DNA of 64,000 nucleotides from an uncultured Armatimonadia bacterium. Its GTDB lineage: Bacteria; Armatimonadota; Zipacnadia; CAVVLO01. Location: the NCBI GenBank assembly GCA_963749155.1, contig CAVVLO010000002.1:160001-224000 (forward strand), in the 5' to 3' direction. The notes beneath the pieces are model-generated. The model had not been told where the DNA came from and searched no databases. It saw only the letters and a program-made list of their open reading frames with translations. Numbering within the stretch: the first letter of the stretch is position 1; each line of letters starts with the position of its first letter. Made by a program: the position numbers and the translations under genes. Shown here in pieces: positions 1-10,600 of this stretch.

Positions 1-1382
1 TGGTAGATCAACTTCGGATGCATACCCCTGCCTTTACCTGGCAGAAAGAAGGCGAGTTGCTCGCGGGTGATTCAGCCTTGCTTGATGAAGCAGTTTCAGA
101 CTTTATGGCTAACCTGCCCGCAGCGGAGTTGGAGCCAGAGTTCAGGTCCACCACCCTGGCTACAGCACTGCCCGCTACTCTGCCTTGCAGTTTCTCACTG
201 ACAATTGGTACCCAGGGCGAGGTCAGTGAGACTACACTCAATTATCAGCTTCGCCCGGCAGGAGAAGAGCCTGCCACCTGGGGCACTCGCCGGATGAGGT
301 CGCTCGATGAGTTCCAGAACAGGGCCTTCTCCGTGGACTTCTCTATGCCCGAACTGACTGGAGAACTGGCCTGGTATTTCACCTGTACTGTCGCTGGCAG
401 GCAGCTACGCTATCCGGCAGAAGGCGAATTCAAGCGTCCTGTCACCCAGGATATGACGCCCCCAGTCATCACTCTTGATCGGACCAGTCGTCAGTCCACC
501 AGTGAAGGCGGCAAGCTTGTGCGCCTTGTGGTGAAAGTTGATGACGCCTCAAAGCTGGCCGAACTAGTGCTGGCCTGGAAGCCCCTGCCTTCGGAAACAG
601 CCTGGCATTATGCGCCTCTTGCCCAGCGAGATGGCGCCTGGGTGGGCGAGTTCCCGCTTACCTCCGAAGGCGCCCAGTGGGCCTTGCGCGCAACCGATGA
701 GTGGGGCAACGCCTGTATGTGGCCGGATTTCGAGAAGGAGACTCCCTATATCATCGAAGAACCCTGGGCAGCGCCAGCGCCTTCGCCTGCGGTGCCTCCA
801 ATTGCCCTCGACCGGTTGCTTCTGCCCGAGGCCAGCGGCAAGCTGAAGAAGGTAGCCCTGGTGGGAAGAGAGGCTTCCAGCCTGGCCCAGGCAAGCCTCG
901 AGGTCAAAAAGGCTTTACTTGCCCGGGTAGAGGCTGGGGAGTCTTTGATTATCTTCAATCAGAACTGGCCAGAAGGCCTGACTTTCGACTGGCTGCCTGG
1001 TTCACTTGGCCAGACTGACGATGATTTCGACAGCGCAACTCTCGTGGGAGAACATCCTCTTACCACAGGCCTCACCAGCAAGCTCAGGGCCAGCAAAATC
1101 GTAAATGACGCTCTGATACCTGGCGAGGGTTGGACTGGCCTGTCCGATCCTTGTGGTCTGGCTGTGCGCGAGTGGGGCAAAGGTTATATAATCTCGGTGC
1201 AGTTCCGGCTTGAAGACCTGCAAGCTGTGGCTTCAATGCGGCGGCTTGCGCGCAATATAATCGGCTTTCTGCACCTTGAGCCTGGCCAGGATGAAGTGCT
1301 TGTGATCGATCCGGGCAATGGCGCGGCTCGCTCGTTGTTCGAGGAACTCGGCTTCAAGCTGGCATATCTTACAGAACTCTGA
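1..1382 (+). CDS. 5'-truncated multidomain hypothetical protein (Ig-like domain plus C-terminal glutamine-amidotransferase-like/beta-galactosidase trimerization-like domain; possibly glycoside hydrolase associated)
   Basis: Frame is open to the window edge. DMTPPVI...WALRATDEWGN looks Ig-like; LLARVEAGESLIIF...HPLTTGL...WGKG looks GATase-like. Confidence 0.5.
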   Translation, partial: VDQLRMHTPAFTWQKEGELLAGDSALLDEAVSDFMANLPAAELEPEFRSTTLATALPATLPCSFSLTIGTQGEVSETTLNYQLRPAGEEPATWGTRRMRSLDEFQNRAFSVDFSMPELTGELAWYFTCTVAGRQLRYPAEGEFKRPVTQDMTPPVITLDRTSRQSTSEGGKLVRLVVKVDDASKLAELVLAWKPLPSETAWHYAPLAQRDGAWVGEFPLTSEGAQWALRATDEWGNACMWPDFEKETPYIIEEPWAAPAPSPAVPPIALDRLLLPEASGKLKKVALVGREASSLAQASLEVKKALLARVEAGESLIIFNQNWPEGLTFDWLPGSLGQTDDDFDSATLVGEHPLTTGLTSKLRASKIVNDALIPGEGWTGLSDPCGLAVREWGKGYIISVQFRLEDLQAVASMRRLARNIIGFLHLEPGQDEVLVIDPGNGAARSLFEELGFKLAYLTEL

Positions 1383-1400
1383 TCAGGCGGGTAAAAGACG

Positions 1401-2267
1401 ATGGCGCTTCAGTTTGGTGAACTGACGGCGGTTGTTGATAACTCTCCAGGCGGCGATGCGGCGGTCAGATACGCGGCCTTCCTGGCAAGACGCCTCAACC
1501 CTATTTCGCCTCATCTGCGCCTTGCGGCGCTGGTGCAGCCAGAGCCTCTGGAACTCGAGGCTTCACCCGCTGACAACTCGGTACTGCCGGCTTTCAATAC
1601 TGGCCCGCGTATTACGGGGGGCAACCTGGCTTCGGAAGCCGCTCTGTCAGAGCGCCGCGATTTGCTGGACAGTTGGTCTGACAAGCTCTACAAGGAGCAG
1701 GTCGTCTGCGAAGAGGAAGTGGTCGTAGACGATCCGGTGCCTGCGCTTGTCTCGCTCTTCAAAAGCAGTGAGCTTACCGTGGCCAGTGCCCAGTCTAAAA
1801 TTACCAGAGCCCCTAAAACTCCGAAATTCCTGGCTACTTCCTGTCTTGCCGCTGGCAAACCTCTGCTGGTGGTTCAGAACGCCTATGATGTTATCTGTCA
1901 TGTCGCTTGCGTACTCAACTGGTCGCAGGCTGACCATATAGGAGAATCCCTGGCCGCCCTGCGTAACCTGGCTCGCGAGTGCCACAGACCCGCTCGGGTC
2001 ACCTGCCTTTTGATGGACAGAGGGGGCAGACGTGAAGGCCTGCTTGCCAAGGCAGAGGAATGGCGAGCTTTTTGGCCTCAGGTAGATGTGGTGCCAGCAA
2101 CGGACCCTAAAGACTTGACCAACCTGACCCGGCAGGCTGCGCAAATCGAAGCCGACCTGCTGGTGATGCCGACTTCTCTTGTTAATGGATTGTTTTCTTT
2201 CTCACGTATTGGGATTCTTGCCCGATTGATTTCAGAGGCTACCAAACCACTACTTTTATTGCCTTGA
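1401..2267 (+). CDS. Universal stress protein family protein, tandem USP domains
   Basis: N-terminal AVVDNSPGGDAAVRYAAFLARRL and C-terminal ADLLVM...ARLISEATKPLLLLP are USP-type motifs. Confidence 0.7.
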   Translation: MALQFGELTAVVDNSPGGDAAVRYAAFLARRLNPISPHLRLAALVQPEPLELEASPADNSVLPAFNTGPRITGGNLASEAALSERRDLLDSWSDKLYKEQVVCEEEVVVDDPVPALVSLFKSSELTVASAQSKITRAPKTPKFLATSCLAAGKPLLVVQNAYDVICHVACVLNWSQADHIGESLAALRNLARECHRPARVTCLLMDRGGRREGLLAKAEEWRAFWPQVDVVPATDPKDLTNLTRQAAQIEADLLVMPTSLVNGLFSFSRIGILARLISEATKPLLLLP

Positions 2268-2268
2268 G

Positions 2269-4722
2269 ATGAGCCCTATCGTCGACTTGCGCAAGACCTC
2301 GGAGTTTCGGTCAGGTGGCCTGCGCTTGCCCCACCGGGCCAGCCAGGTGGTCTTGACGCTTGCTTTGCTTATGACAGGAATCGGACTGACTGGTTGCAGA
2401 CAACCTCCAGCCATCACGCCTCCCCCGCAGATAAGCCCCAAACCACCAATTGTTCTGGCCAACCTGAACTGCCTCCTTCTGGAACCATCAGGCGATACTT
2501 ATGCTGGAGCCACGTTGCTCAGGCAGAACGACCAGCTAGTAGTTAGCGCGCCCGCCTGGGAAACAGGTCAGGCCGCAAGCCTCTACCTCGACCTGCCGGT
2601 GGCCGACTTGCAGACTGCCGAGTGGAGACTGCAGACCGGGATGACTCTTGAAGTAACCAACCTGACACAAACAGCTGTAGGTCTTACCGTGGTATTTGAA
2701 GATGAAGCAGGTTCTCAGCGTTTCTGGGCTTCCACCTTGCAACCTGGTGCCAACCTGGTTCAGTGTCCCTTTGTCGAGAAGACCCGGGGCTTGCGCCTTG
2801 ATAAGGTAAAACGCTTCACTTTGAGGCTGCAACGAGGGCCAGGCCCGGTAGAGCTTGCCCTGGACCGGTTGTCACTTCGTTTCGAACCCGAAGCACTTAC
2901 GAGAGCCTTGGCCAGCCGGTTAGTCAAACTGGAAGCCCAACTAGGCACCTTGCCTGCAGCAGCTACAGAGTCGCTGCGCGCAGAGCTTGCGGCGCTCCAT
3001 ACTCGGGTGAACTCACTGACCGCCGATATGACAGTGCGGAGCGGAGTGTTGCCCGCGGAGCTTGAAGCGCTATCGGCGCTTGAAAGAGTTGATTTTCCCC
3101 GTATACAGACTGCGATCTGTCAGGCGCTTGCTGCGCACAACGCCGGCTCGGAGCCAGAGGGGCCTGGCTATCTTGTGGTACCTGGCCTTGCGCAGGTCTC
3201 GCCGGAGGAAGGCTTCGCAGGAGACCAGCCGCAGGCCGACTTGCGCCTGGTAGCGGCACGGGGCGAAGTGGCACTAGCCCAGGTAGTGCTCTCTCCCGGC
3301 ATCAAACCTCTACGCGAGGTTGAGTGGGAGCTTGAGCCGCTGATAGGCCCAGAAGGCGCCAGTCTTCCGGAAGACTCGGTGGAGGTGCTTCCCCTCGGTT
3401 ATGTATACTGCAAGGCCCCTGCCGAATACGCGACCGAGGGAGAGGGCTGGTATCCGGATGCGCTGCTTTCTGGATTGCAGGAACTCCGAGTGCCTGCCAA
3501 CCGGTTCAGATCGCTGTTAGTGCGGTTTACTGGGCCAAAGGCAGCAAAACCAGGACTATATAAAGGCCAGCTTGCCTTCATAAGTGGTGGAGGCGACCAT
3601 TTCAAGGTTGCTATCCAGGCCGAAGTGCTGGATTACACCTTGCCTCAAAAGGCAACACTTCCAGCTTTCTTCCCCGCCAGGCTGGAATATGCCCAGGCCG
3701 TTTATGGCAACAAGGCTCCCCAGTTTATCTCCGCGCTTGCCGATTTGCTATTACAGTATCGAATGATGCCCCTTGATTTCTATGCGCCCCCAGTAGAGGC
3801 AGAGCAACTCGAACTCTTGGCCAAGGCTGGTCAGCCTGTTTTTCCGGTTGGATATCTCGGTAAAGAAAGTGATCCAGCCAAAGCGGATGAGCAGATCCGC
3901 GCCGAGCTGGAGTCCTTGAAACAGCTGCTAGGCCAGTTGCCTGAGGCAACCCGCAAACAAGCCCTGTTTTACCTGATGGACGAGGCTCCCCTGGAAGACC
4001 TGCAAGCTCTCTCGACGGCCGCCGGGGTATTGAAAATCGCCTTTCCCGACCTGCGCCTTGCGACCTCGGCTCTGCCACCAGCGGCCCAGCAACATCAGGG
4101 CCTGAGGGATCTGATTACCGACTGGATTGTGCTAACCAGTGACCTGCCTTTGGTTGATGAGCAAGCCTTAAGGGCCAACAAAGCCCGGCTCTGGGGCTAT
4201 ATTGCCAACCAGCCAACCAGTCCCTATGCCAACTGCTTTATCGAGTCATCCTGGACAGGGCTACGCTCACTTGCGGGCGCCCAGGCACTGGCAGCAGAAC
4301 TGGATGGCCTGCTCTACTACGCCGTAAATAAATGGTGTGCTGGGGCAAGTCCCCTGGAAGAGCGTCCCTTGCTCCAATTCGCCACCGCGAACGATCACTC
4401 GGGCAACGGGGTAGGCTGGCTGGTCTATCCTGGCAAAGCCGGCCCGCTAGCTTCGATGCGGCTTGAGGCGCTGAGGCAAGGGCTTCAAGACCATACAACC
4501 GCTCGCCTGCTTGGACACCTGGCGCAAAAAGCAGCAAAGCGGGGAGGCAAAGCAGCAGGGCTCGCAAGCCAGGCCCAGGCGGCGCTTGCCACCAAAGCCG
4601 GACCTGCCAGTTCCTTCACCGACTATAGCCTGGAGCCTGAAGATTACGAAGCCTGGCACCTGAAGATTTCACGTTTGACAGCCCAACTGACAACTGCCCT
4701 CGACGAGTCGCCCAAAGATTGA
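2269..4722 (+). CDS. DUF4091/GH123-like putative glycoside hydrolase lipoprotein
   Basis: Lipobox-like LTGC; LVAARGE; YPDALL; YLMDEA; C-terminal GWLVYPG..GPLASMRLEALRQGLQD is typical of DUF4091. Confidence 0.7.
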   Translation: MSPIVDLRKTSEFRSGGLRLPHRASQVVLTLALLMTGIGLTGCRQPPAITPPPQISPKPPIVLANLNCLLLEPSGDTYAGATLLRQNDQLVVSAPAWETGQAASLYLDLPVADLQTAEWRLQTGMTLEVTNLTQTAVGLTVVFEDEAGSQRFWASTLQPGANLVQCPFVEKTRGLRLDKVKRFTLRLQRGPGPVELALDRLSLRFEPEALTRALASRLVKLEAQLGTLPAAATESLRAELAALHTRVNSLTADMTVRSGVLPAELEALSALERVDFPRIQTAICQALAAHNAGSEPEGPGYLVVPGLAQVSPEEGFAGDQPQADLRLVAARGEVALAQVVLSPGIKPLREVEWELEPLIGPEGASLPEDSVEVLPLGYVYCKAPAEYATEGEGWYPDALLSGLQELRVPANRFRSLLVRFTGPKAAKPGLYKGQLAFISGGGDHFKVAIQAEVLDYTLPQKATLPAFFPARLEYAQAVYGNKAPQFISALADLLLQYRMMPLDFYAPPVEAEQLELLAKAGQPVFPVGYLGKESDPAKADEQIRAELESLKQLLGQLPEATRKQALFYLMDEAPLEDLQALSTAAGVLKIAFPDLRLATSALPPAAQQHQGLRDLITDWIVLTSDLPLVDEQALRANKARLWGYIANQPTSPYANCFIESSWTGLRSLAGAQALAAELDGLLYYAVNKWCAGASPLEERPLLQFATANDHSGNGVGWLVYPGKAGPLASMRLEALRQGLQDHTTARLLGHLAQKAAKRGGKAAGLASQAQAALATKAGPASSFTDYSLEPEDYEAWHLKISRLTAQLTTALDESPKD

Positions 4723-4750
4723 GGTTGCGAAAGGAGCCCACTAGCTGGAG

Positions 4751-5726
4751 ATGAGAAACTCGCGTCCCCCAAGCAGAGGCTGGAAAGACTGGAAGCTGTG
4801 GTTTCTGATACTAGGAACTCTAATTATGGGTTATCTGCTGGTATCACCGGCGCTCAACCGACCCGGTCCACAATCAAACCAGGCGCTTGATCTCTGGCGC
4901 CAACTGCTTGCGGCCCAGCGGGCAAGCCCGCCTGTCAGGCTCGTGGTCAGGCTGGAGCTGCCCCAGGCTAATCCGCCCATCGATATCCGGGCTACTCTGA
5001 CCCGGTCAGGCAAGTGGGGCGAACTGGCGCCCGAGCAAAGCGCTCTGACAAGCACCCGGTTGATGTCGGATGGGCTGCGTTATTGGCCCGCCACAAAAGA
5101 GCCTTCCAGCCTCCGCCTGCCCTCCCTTCCCTTGCCCGAGAACGAGGCCCAATTGCTTGCCAATTATCGGATTGAAGCTGGCAAGCAGAGCCAGCTCGCT
5201 GGACGTTCGGTAAGGGAGTTCGTAATCAGACCGGTGACGCCTGGACAGCCCTCTGAACGCCTTTGGTGCGACGAGATCAACCGACTCGTCCTGAAGCGAG
5301 AACGTCGTTCGGCTTCTGGCCAGATTGTTTTCAGACTGGAGACTAGTGCCTACCAGCCTCTTGATTCCTGGGAACCGGAAAACGAACTGGCTGGCTCAAG
5401 GGAAGCCCCCTTGCAGAAGCCTCTTGCCCAAACCGAATTGGAACAATCTCTCGGCATAAAGCTAGCTAGCGCCGACCAGCCTCCCGGAAGGGTATAAGCT
5501 AGAAGGTTACTATTTGATTGATTGCGCAGGAAGGCCAGTGGCAGAAAGCCGGTATACGAATGGCCTGTCGCATCTGGCCTTGTTCCAAAGCAAGCCAGGC
5601 CAGACTTGCGCTGGCGCTGACGTCTTTGGTCAGACCATCTCAGTTGAGGTAGCAGGGCAGCAGTTGCTGGCGGCAGGTGAACTTGGAGAGACTGCCCTCA
5701 GGCAGTTTGCAATGAGCGCCAAGTAA
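4751..5726 (+). CDS. MucB/RseB-like (LolA-fold) periplasmic protein; one frameshift near 5480 joins ORFs 4751-5497 and 5514-5726
   Basis: N-terminal TM; LAGR..FVIRP..RLWCDEINRLVLKRER motif. Removing one base at ~5480 gives LPEGYKLEGYYLIDC...YTNGLSHLALFQS, which resembles the RseB C-domain. Confidence 0.6.
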
Positions 5727-5741
5727 TCAGGTAGACAGTCA

Positions 5742-5770
5742 GGAAACCTTTTCCATAAAATATTCGTCAA
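5742..5770 (+). promoter_or_regulatory. Putative ECF sigma factor promoter (GGAAAC-N17-CGTC)
   Basis: GGAAACCTTTT at 5742 and CGTCAA at 5765, matching the AAC/CGT ECF consensus, upstream of a GGAGG RBS. Confidence 0.55.
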
Positions 5771-5802
5771 ATAGTCAAAGGCAGTACGAGGAGGCGTTTA
5801 TC

Positions 5803-6303
5803 ATGGGGAGGAAATTACTTTTAGTTTGTGCCGTTTTGTTGGGACTGCTTGCCCTGGCAGCGGTAGCCCTTGCTGATGAAGAGAGAGGCTATGCCCAGAC
5901 CCTGGGAGACCGGTTCGATCAAGCAGACCGATATTACGACTACCAGTACGATGACGATTATGACAATCGCCGGATGAAGCTCAACAAAAAGGAAAGAGAC
6001 CGTAGAGAGCGCGAGTGGGACCAGGACGAGTGGTGGGAACCACGCACAGAGCGCTACCGGCGGCAGCAACACTATGGCCCGCAGGGTCCCTCTTACTATG
6101 GTGGGGGTTACTATCCAGGTAATGGGTGGTCCTTCCAGTATTCACAGCCAGGCTGGAGCTTTGGGATGGGCTATGGTTTACCGTCCTGGGGTTATAACCA
6201 GCAAAACTGGAATGCCAAGGAACCGTGGTGGAGTGACCGGGTACCCCGTACGACCTATCGGATCTTCAGACCAGGTTTCTGGGGACCGGCAGGCGAGTGG
6301 TAG
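5803..6303 (+). CDS. Secreted low-complexity (Tyr/Asp/Arg then Gly/Tyr/Trp-rich) hypothetical protein
   Basis: Signal peptide ending AVALA; GAGGAGG RBS; followed by a hairpin. Confidence 0.7.
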   Translation: MGRKLLLVCAVLLGLLALAAVALADEERGYAQTLGDRFDQADRYYDYQYDDDYDNRRMKLNKKERDRREREWDQDEWWEPRTERYRRQQHYGPQGPSYYGGGYYPGNGWSFQYSQPGWSFGMGYGLPSWGYNQQNWNAKEPWWSDRVPRTTYRIFRPGFWGPAGEW

Positions 6304-6327
6304 CTAGCTTCGCAAGCAACTGAAGCG

Positions 6328-6361
6328 GACGAAAGGCGGGCCTTGGCCCGTCTTTCGTCTT
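6328..6361 (+). terminator. Stem-loop, probable terminator
   Basis: GACGAAAGGCGGGCC / GGCCCGTCTTTCGTC inverted repeat. Confidence 0.55.
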
Positions 6362-6383
6362 GACCAGACCAGAAGACGGCAAG

Positions 6384-6413
6384 TTGAGCAGGCCTCTCTT
6401 TATAAGGTATAAT
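6384..6413 (+). promoter_or_regulatory. Sigma70-type promoter of the ftsEX operon
   Basis: TTGAGC-N18-TATAAT, then a GGAGG RBS before ftsE. Confidence 0.55.
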
Positions 6414-6447
6414 CCCGAGGCAAGTTGCGGGAGGAGACAAAGGCTTT

Positions 6448-7140
6448 ATGCCAGAAGAAATGGTACGCTTTGAGGGCGTCAGCCATATCTACCCTAACGG
6501 GGTAGCCGCCCTTAGCGACATAAACCTGCAAGTAGACCGAGGCGAGTTCGTTTTCCTCGTAGGACCTAGCGGTACTGGCAAATCCACTATGTTGCGCACC
6601 CTCTACAGGGCACTTGTCCCGACCCACGGCGAAGTGGTTGTGGCGGGGATGAGCGTTTCCCGACTTTCGCCCTCGAAGGTGCCCTTGCTCCGGCGCAAAT
6701 TAGGGGTCGTATTTCAGGATTACAAGCTGCTCGAGAAGAAAACTGCCTGGGAGAATATCGCCTTCGCCCTTCAGGTTACCAATGCCAGCCGAAGGCGTAT
6801 CTATCTCAGAGTGCCCGAGATACTCGAGCTGGTTGGACTGCATGACAAGCGCGACGCCTTGCCTCTTGAGATGAGCGGAGGGGAGCAACAGCGACTCAGT
6901 ATTGCCCGAGCCCTCGTGAATGAGCCCGCTTTACTGGTTGCAGATGAGCCTACCGGCAACCTGGACCCAAAAATATCCGAAGAAATTATCAGTCTACTTT
7001 CCGAGATCAATTCTACTCATCAGACAGCCACTATCGTAGCCACGCATGACCGGCTGGTAGTCGACAGATTCCGCAAGCGCGTCGTCGCCCTTTGTGATGG
7101 GAGTATCGTCAGCGACCGCCAGGAAAGCGGTTATGCTTAA
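6448..7140 (+). CDS. ftsE: Cell division ATP-binding protein FtsE
   Basis: [47 protein letters not shown]; upstream of ftsX. Confidence 0.93.
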   Translation: MPEEMVRFEGVSHIYPNGVAALSDINLQVDRGEFVFLVGPSGTGKSTMLRTLYRALVPTHGEVVVAGMSVSRLSPSKVPLLRRKLGVVFQDYKLLEKKTAWENIAFALQVTNASRRRIYLRVPEILELVGLHDKRDALPLEMSGGEQQRLSIARALVNEPALLVADEPTGNLDPKISEEIISLLSEINSTHQTATIVATHDRLVVDRFRKRVVALCDGSIVSDRQESGYA

Positions 7141-7148
7141 GGACAGAG

Positions 7149-8063
7149 ATGCTTAGCTCCCCAGTTGAGTTCGCGGTAGAGGAAGCCTTCGCCAACTTGA
7201 AGCGCAACCAGTCTATGAACTGGGCTTCCTTTCTTACTGTAACGGTGACCCTTTGCATATTGGGGTTCGCGCTGATGGTTAGTGCCAATCTAAACCATCT
7301 GGCTGACCAGTGGTCAAAGGAAGCTGGCCTTGTGGTCTTCTTTTCAAGCAATGCCACTACTGCCCAGGAAGAGGCAGTCTCGAAGGTACTCGAAGGCCGT
7401 CCCGAGGTGCGCAACGTTCGCTTCATCAGCAAGAAAGATGCGCTCAACCGACTGCAGGAGCGCTTTGGCAACAGGCTGGATTTGGAGACTTTCGCCAGCG
7501 ATAATCCTCTGCCAGACAGTCTGGAAGTCGAGCTTGCCGGGCCCGAGGCTGGAGCAGCGCTGGTGCCAGTGCTGGAAGGCCAGGCAGGGATTGAAGAGAT
7601 GGTACTGCCGCGCGAACTGCTCGATCGGTTACGCGCCATTACGCTGGGAGTACAGGTGCTGGCTTTCTCGATGGTTGCGTTGTTTGCCTTCAGTTCGCTT
7701 TTGATAATCAGCAATACTATTCGACTTACGGTGATGAGCCGGCAGCGAGAAGTAGAGATAATGCGGCTTGTGGGCGCCTCCGAAAGCCTGGTAAAAGCTC
7801 CTTTCGTACTGGAAGGCGCTTTTCTTGGAGCAGCCGGCGGAGTTGCGAGCGCGCTCGTGGTAACCTTGCTTTATGAGTTATATGCCGAGATGGTTGCAGC
7901 CAAGCTACCCTTTATACCTACAGTAGGGGGCACTGGCTTCGTGATGAGCTTCTGGATACTTTTGACAGCGGTAGGAATTGGCTTCGGCCTGATTAGTAGT
8001 ATTATGGCAGCCAACAAGTTTCTGGGCGAGCCGTATGCCTCTGCAGGGGGAGGCAAACCTTGA
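7149..8063 (+). CDS. ftsX: Cell division permease FtsX
   Basis: NPLPDSLEV and IISNTIRL...REVEIMRLVGA..PFVLEG motifs; 4 TM segments. Confidence 0.93.
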   Translation: MLSSPVEFAVEEAFANLKRNQSMNWASFLTVTVTLCILGFALMVSANLNHLADQWSKEAGLVVFFSSNATTAQEEAVSKVLEGRPEVRNVRFISKKDALNRLQERFGNRLDLETFASDNPLPDSLEVELAGPEAGAALVPVLEGQAGIEEMVLPRELLDRLRAITLGVQVLAFSMVALFAFSSLLIISNTIRLTVMSRQREVEIMRLVGASESLVKAPFVLEGAFLGAAGGVASALVVTLLYELYAEMVAAKLPFIPTVGGTGFVMSFWILLTAVGIGFGLISSIMAANKFLGEPYASAGGGKP

Positions 8064-9199
8064 GAATCGGCTGGCTGTCACTCATCATACTTGGGCTTTT
8101 TTGCCTAACACTGGCCGGGCCTTTAGCCCAATCAGGGGCAGGGGCTGACACCAAAAAAAGCACTTTGCAGCAGAAGAAGAACCAACTCCAGAAGAAGATT
8201 GACGAGCTCCAGAAAAAAATACGTCCCATCAAGCAGCAACAACGCCGCATGGCCGATCAGGTCAAGGACTGCGAAGATCGCGTGGCAGATGCCAGAGTTC
8301 ATTTGGGTCAGACGCGCAGTAAACTTGCCACTGCCAAACAGGAACTAGCCAAGTGCGAAACGCGTATGAAGGAATTGGAGACCCAACATTCTAACCAGCG
8401 CAAGCTATTTGGCGGACGTCTCTCTGCCTACTATAAGGGCGACCGGCTTCGCTTCCTTAACCTGTTGCTCGAGTCCGACAGCATTTTCGATCTGATAAGC
8501 AACGCTTATCTGGTCAGCGTGCTTTTCCAGGCTGATGTGCGAGCACTGGACGCAATCGAGATCACCAAAGTGGAACTCGAGACTGTACGCAAGAAGAAGG
8601 CCACCCAGGCTGCTACTTACGAAGGCTATGTCCAGGATGAGCTTACGGACCTGGAAGAAATCAAGCAGCAGGCTTATACCCAGCATGCGATACTTGCCAA
8701 GATAAGCAAGGAGCGCGCTTCCTGGGAACAATATATGCAGGAGTTCATCGAGGACTCTCAGGCCATCGAACGCCAGTTGTCGTCCTATTCCAGCGGATAT
8801 ACCGGCACCCTCGGGGGCAAGTGGCGCGGTAAGCTTATCCGCCCCTGTGGTGGGCCAGTAACTAGCCCGTTCGGCTGGCGTATCCATCCAATATATAGAA
8901 CCAAACGATTTCATACCGGCGTAGATTTTGGTATAGCGTCAGGTACTCCGGTCAAAGCGGCCACTGACGGACGGGTTGTCTCCGCAGGCTGGAAGGGAGC
9001 CTACGGCCGCTGTGTAATAATTGAACATGGAGGGGGCATATCAACAGTTTATGGCCACCTCAGTTCAATTAGCGTAAAAGCCGGTCAGACAGTAAGCAAA
9101 GCTCAGATGGTTGGTCGTGTTGGCAGTACGGGGCTTTCTACAGGGCCTCATCTGCATTTCGAGGTACGCGAAAACGGCAAGCCCGTGAATCCGCTCTAA
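8060..9199 (+). CDS. EnvC-like coiled-coil plus M23 peptidase (murein hydrolase or activator)
   Basis: Signal peptide, long coiled coil, HTGVD, YGHLS and STGPHLHFEVR with Zn ligands intact. Confidence 0.9.
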   Translation: MRIGWLSLIILGLFCLTLAGPLAQSGAGADTKKSTLQQKKNQLQKKIDELQKKIRPIKQQQRRMADQVKDCEDRVADARVHLGQTRSKLATAKQELAKCETRMKELETQHSNQRKLFGGRLSAYYKGDRLRFLNLLLESDSIFDLISNAYLVSVLFQADVRALDAIEITKVELETVRKKKATQAATYEGYVQDELTDLEEIKQQAYTQHAILAKISKERASWEQYMQEFIEDSQAIERQLSSYSSGYTGTLGGKWRGKLIRPCGGPVTSPFGWRIHPIYRTKRFHTGVDFGIASGTPVKAATDGRVVSAGWKGAYGRCVIIEHGGGISTVYGHLSSISVKAGQTVSKAQMVGRVGSTGLSTGPHLHFEVRENGKPVNPL

Positions 9200-9223
9200 G
9201 CTCTCAGTTCACCTGGAGGAATA

Positions 9224-10522
9224 ATGCGCGCTTTCAAGATATCGATTTTCGCCCTGATACTGGTGTTGGCGATGAGCCTGGCCTTTGTTGCGGGCCTCCG
9301 GGTGAATACTTCGCTGCTGCATCAGGCGACAGACCCTGCCAGGAGCCTCAATACGCTCATCCCCATACTTGATGAGGCCCATAGCGCCCCGCAGCTCGAG
9401 TCTACAATGGAGCCGCTAAGCACCTTCTGGGAAGTACTGGTGCGGCTTAAGACCAGTTATGTAGACCGGCTCGATGATGACAGGTCGCTGGCTTATGGCG
9501 CCATCCAGGGAATGCTCAAGACTCTGGATGATCCCTACACCAGATTTATGGATCCTGATAGCTATTCGAGTTTCCGTACCGAGAGTCAGGGTTCTTTCGA
9601 AGGGATTGGCGCAGTACTCGGAGTTTCCACCAAGGACAAGCCCGAAGAAGCCGAACCGCTTATAGTCAAACCCTTTGAGGGAGGTCCTGCCTTCAAAGCT
9701 GGCCTCCAGGTCGAAGACATCATAGTTGCCGTCGATGGCAAGCCGACCAAGGGAGTAGTGCTGGATGAAGTCGTGCGCTGGATCCGGGGCCCCCGTGGCA
9801 CCGAGATAACACTTACCATCCGCCGCAAGGACGTAGAAAAGGCTTTTGATGTGCCAATTAAACGCGACAGGGTGGAATTGCCCACTCTCCAAAGCGAGAT
9901 CAAAGACGAGATTGGCATTATCAGGCTATATGCTTTCAATGAGAACAGCCTGATGTTGCTGGATAAAGCCCTGGCTGATTTACAAACCAAGAAGGTCAAG
10001 GGGCTTGTCTTCGACCTGCGCGATAATCCTGGCGGCCTGCTGGATGTCGCAGTAGGAGTCGCCTCTCGCTTCGTGGCAAATGGCCCTGTGGTATATGTAG
10101 AAGAGCGAGGCAACCAGGAGACAGTGCTGAAAGTTACTCCCTCGGCGGTCCATGAGTATAGCCTGCCAATGGCAGTGCTGGTAAACAAAGGCAGTGCCAG
10201 TGCTTCCGAGATTGTCTCGGGCGCCTTGCAGGACGTTGACCGGGCTGCGCTTGTGGGCGAGACTACTTTTGGCAAGGGCCTGGTCCAGACAGTTGTGCCT
10301 TTACGAGATGGTTCAGCAGTGGCCATCACGACTGCTCGGTACCTAACTCCCAGCAAACGTGATATAAATCATAAAGGGATCGTTCCGGATTACCAGGTTT
10401 CACTCAGTGAAGAGGAACTGAAAGCGGGACGAGATCCCCAGGAAGCCAAAGCCCTGGAGCTGGTAGAGCAGGCAAGGACGACTCCTCTCCAGGCCAAGTC
10501 CAGCCGGCCTGGCTCGGTTTGA
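9224..10522 (+). CDS. ctpA: S41 family carboxyl-terminal processing protease (PDZ)
   Basis: LDDPYT, GIGA PDZ, DLRDNPGGLL, SASASEI, TFGKG. Confidence 0.9.
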   Translation: MRAFKISIFALILVLAMSLAFVAGLRVNTSLLHQATDPARSLNTLIPILDEAHSAPQLESTMEPLSTFWEVLVRLKTSYVDRLDDDRSLAYGAIQGMLKTLDDPYTRFMDPDSYSSFRTESQGSFEGIGAVLGVSTKDKPEEAEPLIVKPFEGGPAFKAGLQVEDIIVAVDGKPTKGVVLDEVVRWIRGPRGTEITLTIRRKDVEKAFDVPIKRDRVELPTLQSEIKDEIGIIRLYAFNENSLMLLDKALADLQTKKVKGLVFDLRDNPGGLLDVAVGVASRFVANGPVVYVEERGNQETVLKVTPSAVHEYSLPMAVLVNKGSASASEIVSGALQDVDRAALVGETTFGKGLVQTVVPLRDGSAVAITTARYLTPSKRDINHKGIVPDYQVSLSEEELKAGRDPQEAKALELVEQARTTPLQAKSSRPGSV

Positions 10523-10600
10523 GGTTTTCTTATTAGAGTTCCAGGATAATCGCCTGGCTTACGTATCGCAGCCCAAGATGCACCAGAGGTAATACCAGAA

